From: an uncultured delta proteobacterium
Lineage (GTDB): Bacteria > Desulfobacterota > Desulfuromonadia > Desulfuromonadales > JACZKF01
Direction of reading: 5' to 3'
Length of the DNA stretch: 64,000 nt
Assembly (NCBI GenBank): GCA_963816395.1
Contig: CAWFKQ010000016.1
Coordinates: 1-64,000 of the forward strand
Each line of letters opens with the position of its first letter. Position 1 is the stretch's first letter. Below the pieces are notes generated by a model. It made no database searches. It had not been told where the DNA came from and worked only from the letters and a program-made list of their open reading frames with translations. The position numbers and the translations under genes are program-made. Below are positions 61,839 through 64,000 of the stretch, piece after piece.

Positions 61839-63263
61839 ATGCCGCGCCTCCAGCGATCTTTCTCGATCCTCCTCCTGCTCGGCCTGGTCGCTTTCCCGCT
61901 TCTGGCCGGGTGTGAAAAGAAATCGGAAACCCCCATTCGCAGCACCACTCGCGACGAAAAGGTCAAACCGCCGGTGGAAAGACCGGCGCCGGAACTCCTC
62001 TCCACCCAGCAGGCGTTCATTGAGGTTTCAGCCAAGGTCACGCCAGCGGTAGTCAACATCCGTGCTGCCCGGGTGCGTTCGATGGGGGAGTTGGGACCGC
62101 TGTTCGATAATTTCTTCGGGCCTTTTTTCCAGGATCGGCCACGGCCGCAGCAAAAGGAGCAGAGTCTCGGTTCCGGCCTCATCCTCAGCGAGGACGGCTA
62201 TATCCTGACCAATGAACACGTCATCCGCGAGGCCGAGGAGATCAAGGTCAAGCTCTCCAACCAGAGGGTTTACCAGGGGAAGGTGGTAGGGAGCGACTCC
62301 CGCACCGACATCGCTGTGCTGAAGATCGATGCCGGGGAGAAGCTGCCGGCCGCCGTGCTGGGTAATTCGGACAACCTGCGGGTCGGCCAGTGGGCTTTGG
62401 CCATCGGCAATCCCTTCGGTCTCGACCGCACCCTCACCGTCGGGGTCATCTCCGCCACCGGCCGCAACGACGTGGGGATTGAGGACTACGAGGATTTCAT
62501 CCAGACCGATACCTCGATCAATCCCGGCAATTCGGGGGGGCCGCTGCTCAACATCTACGGCGAGGTCGTGGGCATCAACACCGCCATTGTCGCCAGCGGG
62601 CAGGGGATCGGCTTTGCCATCCCCATCAACATGGCGCGCCTGGTGGCCAATCAGCTGATCGAAAAAGGGGAGGTCACCCGCGGCTGGCTGGGGGTCAGCA
62701 TCCAGCCGGTGACCCCGGAGCTGGCCGAGTCGTTCGGTCTCGACCGGCTGATCGGCGCCCTGGTGAACCAGGTCCTGCCCAACTCCCCGGCGGAGAAAGC
62801 CGGGGTGCGGCGCGGTGATATCCTGCTCACCTTTTCCGGCAAGGAGATCAACGGCGTACGCGACCTGCAGCTCATGGTGGCCAACACCCCGGCCGGCAGC
62901 AAGGTGGAGGTGGACGTTCTGCGCGACGGCAAGCACCTCTCCCTGCCGGTGACCATCGCCGAGCTGCAGCCTCGGGAGGCGGCCGCCGCGCCCCCGACTC
63001 CCAGTGACAAGGCACAGGCCCTGGGACTGACGGTCGGGCCGGCCGATGACGGCCGCGGGGTCATGGTGGAGGCCATCGATCCGCAGTCGGCCGCGGCAGC
63101 CGCCGGGGTGCAGCCCGGCGACCGGATTCTGGCGGTCAACCGGCGGGATGTTCGTGACCTGGAGACCTTCCGGAGGGCCGCCGCCCAAGTGGCAGGAAAG
63201 AATGTGGTGCTGCTGCTGCGGCGGGGGGAAATGACCCTTTATCTGGCGTTTCCCGCCGCGTGA
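61839..63263 (+). CDS. DegQ/HtrA serine protease with two PDZ domains
   Basis: LTNEHV, DIAVLK, INPGNSGGP; lipobox-like LAGC. Confidence 0.93.
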   Translation: MPRLQRSFSILLLLGLVAFPLLAGCEKKSETPIRSTTRDEKVKPPVERPAPELLSTQQAFIEVSAKVTPAVVNIRAARVRSMGELGPLFDNFFGPFFQDRPRPQQKEQSLGSGLILSEDGYILTNEHVIREAEEIKVKLSNQRVYQGKVVGSDSRTDIAVLKIDAGEKLPAAVLGNSDNLRVGQWALAIGNPFGLDRTLTVGVISATGRNDVGIEDYEDFIQTDTSINPGNSGGPLLNIYGEVVGINTAIVASGQGIGFAIPINMARLVANQLIEKGEVTRGWLGVSIQPVTPELAESFGLDRLIGALVNQVLPNSPAEKAGVRRGDILLTFSGKEINGVRDLQLMVANTPAGSKVEVDVLRDGKHLSLPVTIAELQPREAAAAPPTPSDKAQALGLTVGPADDGRGVMVEAIDPQSAAAAAGVQPGDRILAVNRRDVRDLETFRRAAAQVAGKNVVLLLRRGEMTLYLAFPAA

Positions 63264-63306
63264 GACAATTTGTAAAATCAATTTACTCTGCACAAGGGAG
63301 GACTTT

Positions 63307-63576
63307 ATGGCCAGGCTTGTGGATAATCCCGATCTCGCCTTTCGGCTGGCGCGCGCCATTGTCTCCGACATTGCCCTGTACAACCCGGAGAAGGTGAAGG
63401 AAGGCATCAAGAACGACAATATCTTCGACTTGCTCAGTGAAGAGCTGCAGGAAGGGCGGGACCATTTTTACAGCCGGATTTCTCCCGAGTTGCCGAATCG
63501 CGATCATCTGTATGAACGCGCCATCGTTGACGTGATGATTCGCCAGGCTGGAAAAATCGAAAGTCCCATCTGGTAA
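63307..63576 (+). CDS. Small hypothetical protein
   Basis: 89 aa, RBS GGAGG, RLARAIVSDIALYN. Confidence 0.75.
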   Translation: MARLVDNPDLAFRLARAIVSDIALYNPEKVKEGIKNDNIFDLLSEELQEGRDHFYSRISPELPNRDHLYERAIVDVMIRQAGKIESPIW

Positions 63577-64000
63577 ATGGAGGAAATCCGCCGGCTTACC
63601 TTTGAGCGGGGACAGCCGCCCGAGCGGCTTGACCGTTATCTGGCCGCCGGCCTCCCCGAACTGTCCCGCTCCCAGCTGAAAAAACTCATCGAGGAGGGTC
63701 GGGTTCTGCTCGACGGAACCCCCGCCAAGGCAGGGGCACGGTTGAAGGGGGGAGAGATCCTGATCGTCACCATTCCGCCGGCCGCTCCCGCTGAAGCCGT
63801 TCCCGAACAGATCCCCCTGGTCGTCCTCTACGAGGATGCCCACCTGATCATCATCGACAAGCCGGCCGGCATGGTCGTCCACCCCGCCCCCGGGCACCAG
63901 GGCGGTACCCTGGTGAATGCCCTGCTGTACCACTGCCGGGACCTTTCCGGCATCGGCGGCGAGTTGCGTCCCGGGATCGTCCACCGGTTGGACAAGGATA
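63577..64000 (+). CDS. rluD: RluA/RluD pseudouridine synthase (truncated by window end)
   Basis: S4 domain [16 protein letters not shown], catalytic VHRLDKD. Confidence 0.88.
   Translation, partial: MEEIRRLTFERGQPPERLDRYLAAGLPELSRSQLKKLIEEGRVLLDGTPAKAGARLKGGEILIVTIPPAAPAEAVPEQIPLVVLYEDAHLIIIDKPAGMVVHPAPGHQGGTLVNALLYHCRDLSGIGGELRPGIVHRLDKD

Overview
GC-rich bacterial chromosomal window, most consistent with a Desulfuromonadales/Geobacter-like deltaproteobacterium (inferred from gene content). About 20 otherwise intact genes carry single-base frameshifts, which looks like uncorrected long-read error, so calls span the shifts. Order: DUF4124 gene; PA2779/PA2778 pair; a GxxExxY (PD-(D/E)XK-like) gene; DNA-repair genes (mug, ogt, ada/alkA, DUF72, NUDIX); a glutarate/dicarboxylate module (IclR, glutaryl-CoA dehydrogenase, DctB/DctD-like pair, sigma-54 TAXI-TRAP, DapA-like, FAH, SDR); PerR-rubredoxin-rubrerythrin; CLC-CBS; PcrA/UvrD; two ABC transporters; csp; aldo-keto reductase; hypABCDE with a group 3b-like [NiFe]-hydrogenase; FlhG-like ATPase plus HTH; BtsS/BtsR/CstA; 2-hydroxyacid dehydrogenase; ANTAR regulator; nuclease-fused Rad3/DinG helicase; hipBA; DegQ; partial RluD. 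The most notable signal is at 1.2-8.2 kb: 14 intergenic copies of a TCACGC(GACGACGC)n-type repeat surround the GxxExxY gene. Most form inverted pairs, two pairs enclose truncated pieces of GxxExxY itself (3' end at 2758-2914, 5' end at 7975-8140), and direct copies bracket the PA2779/PA2778 pair. This suggests an undescribed nuclease-plus-repeat selfish element analogous to RAYT/REPIN.
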